From a bacterium (GTDB lineage: Bacteria; Verrucomicrobiota; Kiritimatiellia; RFP12; UBA1067), in NCBI GenBank assembly GCA_037133395.1, contig JBAXOG010000002.1, positions 26,180 through 90,179 on the forward strand: a stretch of DNA of 64,000 bases, given 5' to 3'. Position 1 is the first letter of the stretch; the number at the start of each line of letters is the position of its first letter. Of this stretch, positions 1-9,111 are shown piece by piece. The notes beneath the pieces were generated by a model. It saw nothing but the letters and a program-made list of their open reading frames with translations, did not search any database and was not told where the DNA came from. The translations under genes were made by a program, and so were the position numbers.

Positions 1-3000
1 TGTACTCGTCCATGGTCAACCAGAAATCGCTCTTAGTCGCCGGCCAGATCATGATGCTCTTCCGCCCCTGGCCGTCGTCGTCGTTCACACCGACCTCCAG
101 CCCCATCACCTTTTTGGGCTTCAAGTCCACGCCGGGCAAGACGAACCCGATCTCCATGATGTACCCAGTAGCCGTCTTCTTGACGGCTACTTCGCCCGCC
201 CATTTCTTGGCGAATTCGTCGCTGTGAGGCTTATCGGTGGCATATTTGTCGCGGTGATCAAGATAGACCCTCGGCGGCGTTGTGGGCAGGAAGTGCAACT
301 CGTGGCCCATCATCTCCTTGGGGTCGCATTTCGAGATCCAATCGGGGCGGCCATCCATGACCTTGACCCGCTGCCCGCCGCGGTCTCCCCAGTCCAGGAA
401 CATTTCGACGCTGTCGTTGAGAAACGAGGAAGGCTGGGTCGGTTCGAGCACCTTGTCGTCGGTGACCTCGAAGAGGAAATAGAGCTTGTTGCCGTGCCAA
501 GCCGCGCGCCACGAGTAGCTCAAGTCGCTATTCCCTTTCCAATTTTCCCGCGTCATGCCCTGGCCGAACCAGAGATGCCTCTCGCCCTGGACGACGGTAG
601 CCGGGACTCCCTTCCAATCGACCGGATCAGCGTCGACGACGATTTTGCGTTCCGGGAGGTCGAGGCTATTTCTTGATTCGAACCCCAAATCTTCTCCGTC
701 GTGGAGCACCACACCGATCTGTTCCAGGCTACCGTGGCGGCCGTTGTACCAGAGCAGCCATTTTGAGCCATCGAAGATGGCATACGGTTTGTAACACGCG
801 TCGTGATCCCATTTGTCTTTGCCAGGAAAGATGATCGGGTTGGCGGGATGGCGCTGCCAGTTCGTGATGCCATCCTTGCTGCGGGCGAGGCAGATCCGCG
901 CTGTGGGCTCATCCTGAAAACCGATGTAAAACATCACATACCAGTCACCGATTTTCTCGACCTGACAGGCCGTCACCTTATGTTTCTCCCACGAGTTCTT
1001 GGGTTCGGCGGAGAAGATCGGGTTGCCCTCATGCTTCTTCCAGATCAACCCGTCGGGGCTGGTAGCGTACCCGATGGCATTCGGCTCGTTTTGTTCACCG
1101 CCTGAATACCACATACGAAACTGCTTAGCCGTTTCATCCCAGAGCACCGAGGGACACATGACGGCAATGTTCCTTTCCCAGGGTTGATCGGCGGACAGCA
1201 CCGGTTTGTCGCTCATGCGTTTCCACGTTACGCCGTCGGAACTGGTGGCGTAGCCGATCCATGAGCGGCCCTTGGCCTGGCCGGTGTACCACATGTGATA
1301 ACCCTCGCCACGCTTCAGAACATACGGCCGGTTAATGTCGTTCTCCCATCCCGTTTCCGGCCGCGGACCGAACACGGCCTGCGGCGGCTCGCTCCAGTGG
1401 ATGCCGTCCTTGCTCTCGACAAGCGCAATGGATTTCTTGGGACGCCACGAAAGCCACATCCGATAGGTGTCTCCTTCCTTTAAGACTGAAATGTCGAAGC
1501 ACGTCCCGTACTTTCCGCCCATCACCGGATTGCCCTCGAACTTCTTCCAGCCACCCGATGTTTCTTTTTGCAGGGCATCGGATTTGACAAGCCCCATTTC
1601 AATGAGTTGCAGTATCAAATCAGAAACCATCTCACTGGTATAGGGATTCCCGCGCCATTCAAATCCATTGTTACGTTCCAACCAAGGATCGGAAATCGCC
1701 TCGGTCATGGCACCCTTGTACGGGCCGTCAACAACCTGAACGTAGAAATTGAGTTGCATCACCCGATTCTTAAGCTGTTCGAAAAGCGGATTGGCGGTTT
1801 TTTTGAATAGCCGATCCAGGCATTCAATCTTACGATTACCGTAGCTATAGACGGAGTACTGGTTGAAGTGCTGCTGTTCGCTGTGAGCGCCTTGTGTGGG
1901 ATTCTTAACCCAACTGAGCTGTTTCGGACACCAGTACAGCAAACCATAATAGGCATTGGCCACAGCCCGGTTCAGGCTCTCCTTGTCACCTGTCCGGTCG
2001 TGCTTGTCCAGCCAGTATTCCACCACAGCGTAGACGCTATCCTGCTCAAAATCGCCGGGCGGCAGATCCGGATGCGCTCCGGTGTACCAGAAACGGTCTT
2101 CAACGTCCTTGCGCAAAAACTTCTCCATATCAGCGCTTAATTTCAGATACCGTTCATCCCCGGTGATCCTTGCAATGATTGGCAATCCTACCAATGCCCG
2201 GCCACATACTACGGAGAAGGACTTTTTGCCGGTTTTGATGTCGACGCACTGTGGTAATCCGCCGTCCGGATTCTGCTGGGACTTCACCCATTCGAGCGAG
2301 GCGATGGCGGCCTTATACCAGTCCTGGCGGTCAATTCCTTCTTTTTCCTTCACCCGCTGCCAGGTCTGCAAAATGTAGCGCGCCATCCAGACGTTGATGT
2401 CCACCTTATAGCCGTCATGGCTCCAATCCAGACTGCAGAACACCGGAACCGCCCGCTTGAAATACCAGCTCGTATGGAACACGCCACTCGGCTGCTGCCC
2501 TTTGAGGGCAAAGTCGATCTGCTCGAAGGCGCGGTCCCGCCACAGTTTGTCGCCGGTGATCTCATACTGGCGATACTCGTAGTAGGCAATGAACGGATTG
2601 TTGCCAACATAAACAAACGGTGTTCCCTTGTGATGCTCGTAACCAACGCCCGGCTTCCAACTCTCCATGTTTCGCCGGCCTTCTAGGGCGAGATCAAATG
2701 CCTCCTGCGGCGTGCGCACCTTCAGTGAATCGTCCACCTTGTAGTTGTTGACCTTGATCCAGGTCTGCATGATTTCCGTGATGGCACCGGCAAATTCACC
2801 CGCATCACTCAGGAACAGTTGTAACGGCATTTCATACTTTATCCCGGCGGCCAGTTTACCTCCACCCATGCGGAATTGCGGCGCAATCGAGCGGTTGGCG
2901 AAATGAAAATCCGTTTTCCCGGTCCACGTGGTCGGGTTCAGGTAATCCGAATTGCTGTCAATGGCGAACAGGGCGACCAACGACTGATCGGGCCGGTACA

Positions 3001-3568
3001 CCAGCACGCCCGGAACGCCGCAGTAGCGCATCGGAGAGATGGAGACCTTTTCGCTATTCCCTGCCCACGGATAACTCTGCACGCGCCAATCGTTGGCAAA
3101 ACCATCATGATAAGCCAAGCAGACTTCCCAGTCATTGAGATCCTTGTCGACCGACCACGAGGTTGTCCACCGTACAGCAGCGAGCGTTTCATCCAGGGCC
3201 ACATAAACGCTATAGGTGAATGTCACCCCATCAACATCAACGTTCCCGGTCATCTTCGCTGTCCGGGTGTCAACCTGTTTTGCATCACCTCCGGCAAGCC
3301 ACCGTAGCGCTCCAGTCTTTCGATTCCTTAGACTCATCAGTCCCTTCGTCCCAGACGCCTCAATCGGTTTTCCGTTTAGGGCCAAAACTCCAAGCGCCCA
3401 TCCGTTATCACCCTTCGATAATTGCCACGATAGTCCTCCGCCATTATGCAAATTGATCATGTCCTTTTGCAGGGCATCGAATTGGGGTGGCGACACACGT
3501 GGCTGATCTGCCGCACTCACCATTGAGGCAAACGCCAAGGCAATACAAGACATGGTAAAACGAGTCAT
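1..3568 (-). CDS. Secreted multidomain carbohydrate-active protein, 3' end outside window: putative (alpha/alpha)6 barrel + GH43/GH32-like five-bladed propeller + CBM9-like domain
   Basis: Not in the ORF track. Manual translation from ATG 3568 gives signal peptide MTRFTMSCIALAFASMVSAAD; frame verified at about 3300, 2350 and 1. Propeller repeats MWYTG..IGYATSSDGVTW, MWYSGG..IGYATSPDG..W, MFYIGF; C-terminal LYFLFEVTDD/DSVEMFLD/GLEVGVNDDD is CBM9-like. Confidence 0.8.
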   Translation of the reverse strand, partial: MTRFTMSCIALAFASMVSAADQPRVSPPQFDALQKDMINLHNGGGLSWQLSKGDNGWALGVLALNGKPIEASGTKGLMSLRNRKTGALRWLAGGDAKQVDTRTAKMTGNVDVDGVTFTYSVYVALDETLAAVRWTTSWSVDKDLNDWEVCLAYHDGFANDWRVQSYPWAGNSEKVSISPMRYCGVPGVLVYRPDQSLVALFAIDSNSDYLNPTTWTGKTDFHFANRSIAPQFRMGGGKLAAGIKYEMPLQLFLSDAGEFAGAITEIMQTWIKVNNYKVDDSLKVRTPQEAFDLALEGRRNMESWKPGVGYEHHKGTPFVYVGNNPFIAYYEYRQYEITGDKLWRDRAFEQIDFALKGQQPSGVFHTSWYFKRAVPVFCSLDWSHDGYKVDINVWMARYILQTWQRVKEKEGIDRQDWYKAAIASLEWVKSQQNPDGGLPQCVDIKTGKKSFSVVCGRALVGLPIIARITGDERYLKLSADMEKFLRKDVEDRFWYTGAHPDLPPGDFEQDSVYAVVEYWLDKHDRTGDKESLNRAVANAYYGLLYWCPKQLSWVKNPTQGAHSEQQHFNQYSVYSYGNRKIECLDRLFKKTANPLFEQLKNRVMQLNFYVQVVDGPYKGAMTEAISDPWLERNNGFEWRGNPYTSEMVSDLILQLIEMGLVKSDALQKETSGGWKKFEGNPVMGGKYGTCFDISVLKEGDTYRMWLSWRPKKSIALVESKDGIHWSEPPQAVFGPRPETGWENDINRPYVLKRGEGYHMWYTGQAKGRSWIGYATSSDGVTWKRMSDKPVLSADQPWERNIAVMCPSVLWDETAKQFRMWYSGGEQNEPNAIGYATSPDGLIWKKHEGNPIFSAEPKNSWEKHKVTACQVEKIGDWYVMFYIGFQDEPTARICLARSKDGITNWQRHPANPIIFPGKDKWDHDACYKPYAIFDGSKWLLWYNGRHGSLEQIGVVLHDGEDLGFESRNSLDLPERKIVVDADPVDWKGVPATVVQGERHLWFGQGMTRENWKGNSDLSYSWRAAWHGNKLYFLFEVTDDKVLEPTQPSSFLNDSVEMFLDWGDRGGQRVKVMDGRPDWISKCDPKEMMGHELHFLPTTPPRVYLDHRDKYATDKPHSDEFAKKWAGEVAVKKTATGYIMEIGFVLPGVDLKPKKVMGLEVGVNDDDGQGRKSIMIWPATKSDFWLTMDEY

Positions 3569-3609
3569 TTTATTCTCTTTTTTCTGGTTGCTGGTTGTTT
3601 TAAACATCG

Positions 3610-5241
3610 TCATTTCAATTTCCTTTGAAGCCCGCCGGTCATCTTCGCCAGCGTATCAGAGGCTGCGATTTCTTTACCGTCGGCCAATACCCTGAGTCCT
3701 TTTCCCCTGTTATAGCGCTCACCGGTCTTGTCATAGAAAATGGTCAACAGGCGACCGTGGTAGGACACACGATCCAGACAGAAGTAGTCCCAAGATTGCG
3801 GCACGAGCGGATTGACCTCCACCGTATCGTCGGCCCTTGGACGCAGGCCGATCAAGCCGCTGATGACCAGATCGCAGTAGGTCGAATGGTTGTAATCTTT
3901 GCCTCGTTCTTCGCCGCCTTTTCCGGCATCCCACGTGCCGTTCTTCCACGTCTTCAGGCGCGTCCTGGAAATCCAGTCGCCGTTGGTGGGGTTCAGGTTC
4001 TCGTCAATCCACGGCACAACGCGTCCGTCATCCAGCTTCAACTGGTGCGACTTGGCGTAAATCTTCAGCTGTTCAAAATAGTCCTTTGATCCGATCACTT
4101 CCTGCGCCGGACCATTCAGCAGGTTCGCCAGACCGGTAAGCGTAACAGCGGTTGCATAGGGCCAGCTCGGACCGTTCCACTGGCATTCATGGCCTTTATA
4201 GGAAATGGCAAATTTGGGATGTCGCTGTTCAGCGGTGGTGGGGCCGTAGGGCGCGTAGAATCCCTGCGGATCCATGAGTTGTTTCCATGCGACTGCAAAC
4301 CTCGGATCTGCCATGTTGAAATACCACGGCGTGTAACCGTATTCCTCGCGTACATCCGCAAACTTCTTGTTTTCACCGCGCGGTAAGACCTTGAAGAAAT
4401 TAGCGTCGGCATCCCACAATTTCTCTTGGACGAGCTTCTTGATTGATGCGGCCTTATCGCGATAGCGACCAGCAACATCCGGCTTGCCTGCCAGTTCTGC
4501 AATCCGTGCAATTGCCAGCGCGTCGCCAAATTGATAACCGTTGATCGTCGTGCGGTAGCCACTGCCGCCAATGGACATCTCACCGCCATCGCGATCATCT
4601 ATCTGCCAGAAGAGTCCGTTCGCATCAAGATTTGACTTCTCCCATGCCTCGTAATTCCGGATAAGCTCCGGCAAAAGATCGAGCGGCAGTTTCTTTTCAC
4701 CTGTAACACAGTAACGCGCCCATATTGAATCAGCGACCCAGAAGCTATAGCGCCGCGGGTCGCCGCCGCCGTGGAACCAGAACCGCGTATAGTCGTCGAG
4801 ATACTTGGGATCCGCCAGCCAGCGGCCTTCATACAGGTGATGCCCCGCCGCGCAACTGATGGAGTTGTATTTTCCAGCCCAAGAAACATTGGGCAGAAAC
4901 TCATCCACGATAAAGCCAGCGGGCGTCTGTTTGATATGTTTCCGATACGTCCACCAGCGGAAGTAATAGGTCTTCAGAATCTCCTCGTCCGGACAGTCCA
5001 GCAGCGGGATGTTAGCCTTCAGAAAATCCCAAGCCAGGGCATTCGAGAAGGCATTTTTGTACAGCTCGTGGTCATTGCGGGCAAAGTCCTCGGCGTAGTG
5101 CCGGAACGTCTCAGCCTTGAGCACGCAAGCCTGCGCTGAAGCCGACGCCGACGCGTCTGCGGCATACAGCGCGGCCGGCTGTACCAACAGCAGGGCGACA
5201 AGGATGGAGGATACGATTTTGATCAGTATCATTGTCGCCAT
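3610..5241 (-). CDS. MGH1-like / GH63-related (alpha/alpha)6 glycoside hydrolase, secreted
   Basis: Signal peptide; motifs YYFRWW, SISCAAGHHLYEGRW, DDRDGGE, CQWNGPSWP, DYNHSTYCDLVISGLIG. ATG abuts the upstream stop at 5241. Confidence 0.8.
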   Translation of the reverse strand: MATMILIKIVSSILVALLLVQPAALYAADASASASAQACVLKAETFRHYAEDFARNDHELYKNAFSNALAWDFLKANIPLLDCPDEEILKTYYFRWWTYRKHIKQTPAGFIVDEFLPNVSWAGKYNSISCAAGHHLYEGRWLADPKYLDDYTRFWFHGGGDPRRYSFWVADSIWARYCVTGEKKLPLDLLPELIRNYEAWEKSNLDANGLFWQIDDRDGGEMSIGGSGYRTTINGYQFGDALAIARIAELAGKPDVAGRYRDKAASIKKLVQEKLWDADANFFKVLPRGENKKFADVREEYGYTPWYFNMADPRFAVAWKQLMDPQGFYAPYGPTTAEQRHPKFAISYKGHECQWNGPSWPYATAVTLTGLANLLNGPAQEVIGSKDYFEQLKIYAKSHQLKLDDGRVVPWIDENLNPTNGDWISRTRLKTWKNGTWDAGKGGEERGKDYNHSTYCDLVISGLIGLRPRADDTVEVNPLVPQSWDYFCLDRVSYHGRLLTIFYDKTGERYNRGKGLRVLADGKEIAASDTLAKMTGGLQRKLK

Positions 5242-8200
5242 TAAAAGATGCGAATGAGCGTTCCTAGTGGCTTATCCATAATAACCTGGTTATTGAGTAC
5301 TCTGATGCGGGTAGAAGGAGGGGCACCGTTGATCACCCAGCTTCCCAGCGTACCGTTGGCCGCCGCGACTCCGGCACCGGTCGCAAACGTGAACAGCACC
5401 GCCGGATTGGGCAGCGTGCCGGAGGTCACTTGGCTGACATTCACCGTCGCCATTGTCGGCAAGTTAAGCGTGCCCGTCACATTGATCAGATCCTGCGTGG
5501 TGCCGCTGTAGTTCCAATAGACCTTAGCCCCTGCATTCAAGGTCAGATTGTTGGCACATGTCAGAGTGCCGACGTCATTCGTACCTCCGCCGGAAACCCC
5601 GGCGCCGGAGGCGACCACGACCGCACCGGTCACACCCCCGTTCCCGGCAAGAATCTGGTTGTTCGTGAGGGTGTACCCCGAGGTATAGGCACTCACATCG
5701 AACACGGTGCCTCTCGTCACATTGATTACGGCCGAGTTGCTGATCGACCCCGTGGCTAACAGTCTCAAGGTGCCATTGCTGATCGTTGTGCTGCCCTTAT
5801 AGGTATTGTTCGCGCCGAGCGTCAAACTGCCGGTGCCGAGTTTGGTCAACCCGCCATCCGTTGCGCCGGCAGTGCCGTTAAGCAGCGCTTGGTTATTTGT
5901 TACCGCCACGGCGCTACTGTCAATGACCGCGCCGCCAGCCAGCACGTTGAAGACGGTGTAACTATAATTAGCCACAGTGTTATTGGCGGAGAATCGCAGG
6001 GTGCCACCATTGAAGTTGACCGTGCCTGTCCCAGTCCCCGTACTCGTCGTAAACGCCGGGACGGTCAGCACACCGCCGCTCAGGTTCAGAGTAGCACTAA
6101 AGCTGCTACCATATACATAAGTGATCCGGAGAGGGGAGGCAAACGTGACCTGCGCGTTGTCCGTAATGGTGACCACTGGTGACCACGTGCCGCCAAAATT
6201 ATTCTGATTCCCGGAAGTGCCGACTGATACCACCGCATTTCCACTCGCAGTAAAAGTGTGCAAGGCCGGAATATACGCGCCATTCGTCAGGATCAGGCTG
6301 CCCCCGCTGATGGCGTAGGTCGGCATGTTATAAGTGCTACTAGTGTCGAAAGCGGCATTGCCGTGAATGATCACCGTGCCTCCGTATTGGGACACCGCCC
6401 CGCCGCCACCACCGCCGAAGGCGACAGGACAGTTGATGACCATGACTGTACCGTTGCTGATCGTTACTGTAAAAGGATTCCCAGTGGGGTTTATAGCAGT
6501 GGGGCAGTTGGAGATTACGAGACTCCCGCCGTTGAGGCAGAGACTGGCAGAATCCCAGTACGGTTTCGATATGCCTGAGTTGCAAACACTCACGGTTGAT
6601 CCATCGTTAAGGATGATACCGCCAGCGCGCAAGCTGAAGCCGTTGGTTACATTCAGAGTTGCTCCGCCATTGATAGTCAACTTCGCATTACTGTTGGCGG
6701 GCATATCAAGACTTGCCGCGTTCCATTGGGTATTGGAATAAAGATTCACGATGTCGCCATTATTCCACAAAGCCCCTATCGTTACGGGTCCGGAAGTCAG
6801 GGTGACATTGGTAAGGTTGAGGACATTACCTGCACCATTATTTTTATTGAGCATCACCGTGCCCAAGTTCATGGTGTTGTCGCGCAGCCAGGTAGTGCCG
6901 GCGCCAGTCGACGTCAGTCCGGCTGAAAGGGTGTTAGCGCCGGAGAGCGTCAGGGTGCCGGCACCGCTACTGGTGATGCCATAACCCAACGCGCCATCTG
7001 TGATGTTGCTGGTGATGGTGATGGCGCCACCGGACACCGCGTTAATGGTCAGGTTGGTGGCCAGAGTGATGGGCGTGTTGAGGGTGAGTGTGCTGGTTCC
7101 AGCATTGGCGATCGACGGCAGGGTGCCGCCGCTGGTTTTTGTGAAGAGCAGGGAGTTGCCGCCGGAGGCAGAAAGATTCACGGCGTAGTTCGGCACCACA
7201 TTCAACTGGTTGAGCCAGAACGCACCGGACAAATCATTAATACTATTGTCGATAGCTGTGGGCTTGAAGACGATCACGGCTTCCGATACGCCGCCGGTGG
7301 GGGGCGCAGAGCCCGTCCAGCTTCCTGCCGCACTCCAATTTCCAGACACCGAATTGGTATAGTTCGCAGCCCCCACCGCCACAATAGAAGCCGTCAGGCC
7401 GGTGGGCTGCGTCAGGGTGTAGTTGGCCTGCGAGGTCGCGTCAATGGTGGAGGTGGAGGTTACGGGTTTGTTGATCCCCGGGTTCGCGTCTGCGAAAGTG
7501 CCGGACAGTGTCAGCGTCACCGAGTCGGGGCTCACCACTCCGGCGAGCGTGCCGGTGAGGGTGGCGGTGTTATTGCCGTTATCAGTTTTGTTCTGCGCCG
7601 CCGCGTTGGGGATGGTCAGTGCCTTCTTGGCCACCGTTTGAGTGCCCAGGGCCGTTGATGTGCTGGAGGCATTGCCACTGTCGCCTAGGTAAACGGCCAC
7701 GATGTTGGCGTAGCTACCCACCGTCAACGCGTTCAGCGGGTTGACGGTCACGGTCACGGAGCCTCCGGATAGGGTGCCCGTGCCAATCTCGGTGCCGCCG
7801 AAACCGCCGTTCCTGATCTTCACCGTTCCGGACGGGTTGGCGCCGGTCACCGTCACGTCAAACTGCAACGCATCGCCGTAGGTCGAGGAGGAAGTCCATG
7901 GACTACGCAGCGCCAGAGTGGTGGTGGTGCCGACGGCTGGCAAGGTGACACTCTGGCCACCGGGCAGCGTGCCGGTGCTGTCGTCGAAAGTGCCGGTGGC
8001 GGTGAATACCGCTGTGACCGTGTGCGTTCCCACCGGCAGCGCGCTGGTGGCGATGGACGCGGTGCCGGTCGGGCTAGTTCCGGTGGTGACCGTGACCGGC
8101 GCGCCCAAGGCGACGCCATTGGTCATGAACTGAACCGATCCCGTGGGAACAACCGCGCCGCTGGCCGGAGCGATCGTCGCCGTGAAGGTGACCGAATCGC

Positions 8201-9035
8201 CGACGGTGGACGGATTGGCCGAAGAGGCCAACGTGGTCGTTGTGGCGGTGTTCGTGGTTGTCAACGAGAAGTTGTCGAACCGAACCCACGTGGGATTGAC
8301 GGTGATGACGAACGCGCCCTCGATCAGGCCGAGCTGCACGGTGCCGCCGAGGTCGGCGCGGGTGAGGTCAGTGCTGCCGCCGAACCATGCCTGTTTCGTC
8401 CAAGTCGTCCCGTCGCTACTGGTATACCCATTGAATACGTTGCCGGTGCGCGTCAGCCGCAAGTATTTCCCGCCGCCGGCGGTAAACTGTGTTTCGGTCT
8501 GGGCGTTGTTATTGACGCTTACGAGCCCGTTATAGAGGTTGAACCATTTATAGGTGACCATCACGAAGTCCTCTCCCGCGTCACCGTCGGCATTGGCCGG
8601 GTTCAGGCGGACCAGCAGCCCGGCAATCGTATAGTTGGCCGTTGTCCCGGCGGTCACCTGGACGCGGGCATCGAAGTCGCCGGTCACGCTTTTGTAGAGG
8701 AACGGGGCAGTGGCCTTCGTGCCTTCCCAACCGACCGCACCGTTGGTGGTAGTGCCGATGGTCAACTGACCCGCAGTGCCCGTCGTATTGAGAACGTTGG
8801 CGGCTGATTGGTTGTAAACCCCGTCCCAGATCGTGCCGCTGACGCCTGCCGTCAAGTAGTCGTGGGACGTGCTGAAATCATCGGTGACGGTGACGGTACC
8901 CGCCCCCGCCGTTCCCGCCGCCAGCGCGAGACACACCGCGAACATACCCATCCATGCAACGCTGACCTTCCGTGAAACCTGTGCCCTATTTCTTGTGTTC
9001 ATACGACTCTCCTGACTCCTGTTTTTCGTGTTCAT
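5241..9035 (-). CDS. Large secreted protein: lectin-like beta-sandwich, two Ig-like (Big) domains, YDG-like domain, beta-helix with autotransporter-associated repeats; no beta-barrel; ends KPLGTLIRIF
   Basis: Signal peptide; GLTKLGTGSLTLGANNTYKGSTTISNGTL and GAGTLTLSGANT repeats; TTTTLASSANPSTVGDSVTFTATI Ig repeat; KKALTI..AQNKTDNG YDG-like segment. Confidence 0.8.
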   Translation of the reverse strand: MNTKNRSQESRMNTRNRAQVSRKVSVAWMGMFAVCLALAAGTAGAGTVTVTDDFSTSHDYLTAGVSGTIWDGVYNQSAANVLNTTGTAGQLTIGTTTNGAVGWEGTKATAPFLYKSVTGDFDARVQVTAGTTANYTIAGLLVRLNPANADGDAGEDFVMVTYKWFNLYNGLVSVNNNAQTETQFTAGGGKYLRLTRTGNVFNGYTSSDGTTWTKQAWFGGSTDLTRADLGGTVQLGLIEGAFVITVNPTWVRFDNFSLTTTNTATTTTLASSANPSTVGDSVTFTATIAPASGAVVPTGSVQFMTNGVALGAPVTVTTGTSPTGTASIATSALPVGTHTVTAVFTATGTFDDSTGTLPGGQSVTLPAVGTTTTLALRSPWTSSSTYGDALQFDVTVTGANPSGTVKIRNGGFGGTEIGTGTLSGGSVTVTVNPLNALTVGSYANIVAVYLGDSGNASSTSTALGTQTVAKKALTIPNAAAQNKTDNGNNTATLTGTLAGVVSPDSVTLTLSGTFADANPGINKPVTSTSTIDATSQANYTLTQPTGLTASIVAVGAANYTNSVSGNWSAAGSWTGSAPPTGGVSEAVIVFKPTAIDNSINDLSGAFWLNQLNVVPNYAVNLSASGGNSLLFTKTSGGTLPSIANAGTSTLTLNTPITLATNLTINAVSGGAITITSNITDGALGYGITSSGAGTLTLSGANTLSAGLTSTGAGTTWLRDNTMNLGTVMLNKNNGAGNVLNLTNVTLTSGPVTIGALWNNGDIVNLYSNTQWNAASLDMPANSNAKLTINGGATLNVTNGFSLRAGGIILNDGSTVSVCNSGISKPYWDSASLCLNGGSLVISNCPTAINPTGNPFTVTISNGTVMVINCPVAFGGGGGGAVSQYGGTVIIHGNAAFDTSSTYNMPTYAISGGSLILTNGAYIPALHTFTASGNAVVSVGTSGNQNNFGGTWSPVVTITDNAQVTFASPLRITYVYGSSFSATLNLSGGVLTVPAFTTSTGTGTGTVNFNGGTLRFSANNTVANYSYTVFNVLAGGAVIDSSAVAVTNNQALLNGTAGATDGGLTKLGTGSLTLGANNTYKGSTTISNGTLRLLATGSISNSAVINVTRGTVFDVSAYTSGYTLTNNQILAGNGGVTGAVVVASGAGVSGGGTNDVGTLTCANNLTLNAGAKVYWNYSGTTQDLINVTGTLNLPTMATVNVSQVTSGTLPNPAVLFTFATGAGVAAANGTLGSWVINGAPPSTRIRVLNNQVIMDKPLGTLIRIF

Positions 9036-9046
9036 ACGACTCTCCT
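8995..9046 (-). repeat. Duplicated 19-bp RBS+start unit (AGGAGAGTCGTATGAACAC), two in-frame copies 33 bp apart
   Basis: gtgttcatacgactctcct at 8995-9013 and 9028-9046; ATGs at 9035 and 9002. Confidence 0.95.
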
Positions 9047-9111
9047 ACCTGTAGATAAATGTCCGAAGTTGAAAAAAGTGGGATGAAATAGTTTAAAAAT
9101 CTTTTCGTGCC

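Noticed and set aside
5241-9035. Classical type Va autotransporter or PEP-CTERM protein
   Set aside because: There is no ~300-aa C-terminal beta-barrel, no PEP motif, and no TM helix with a basic tail; the same holds for 34885-38445.
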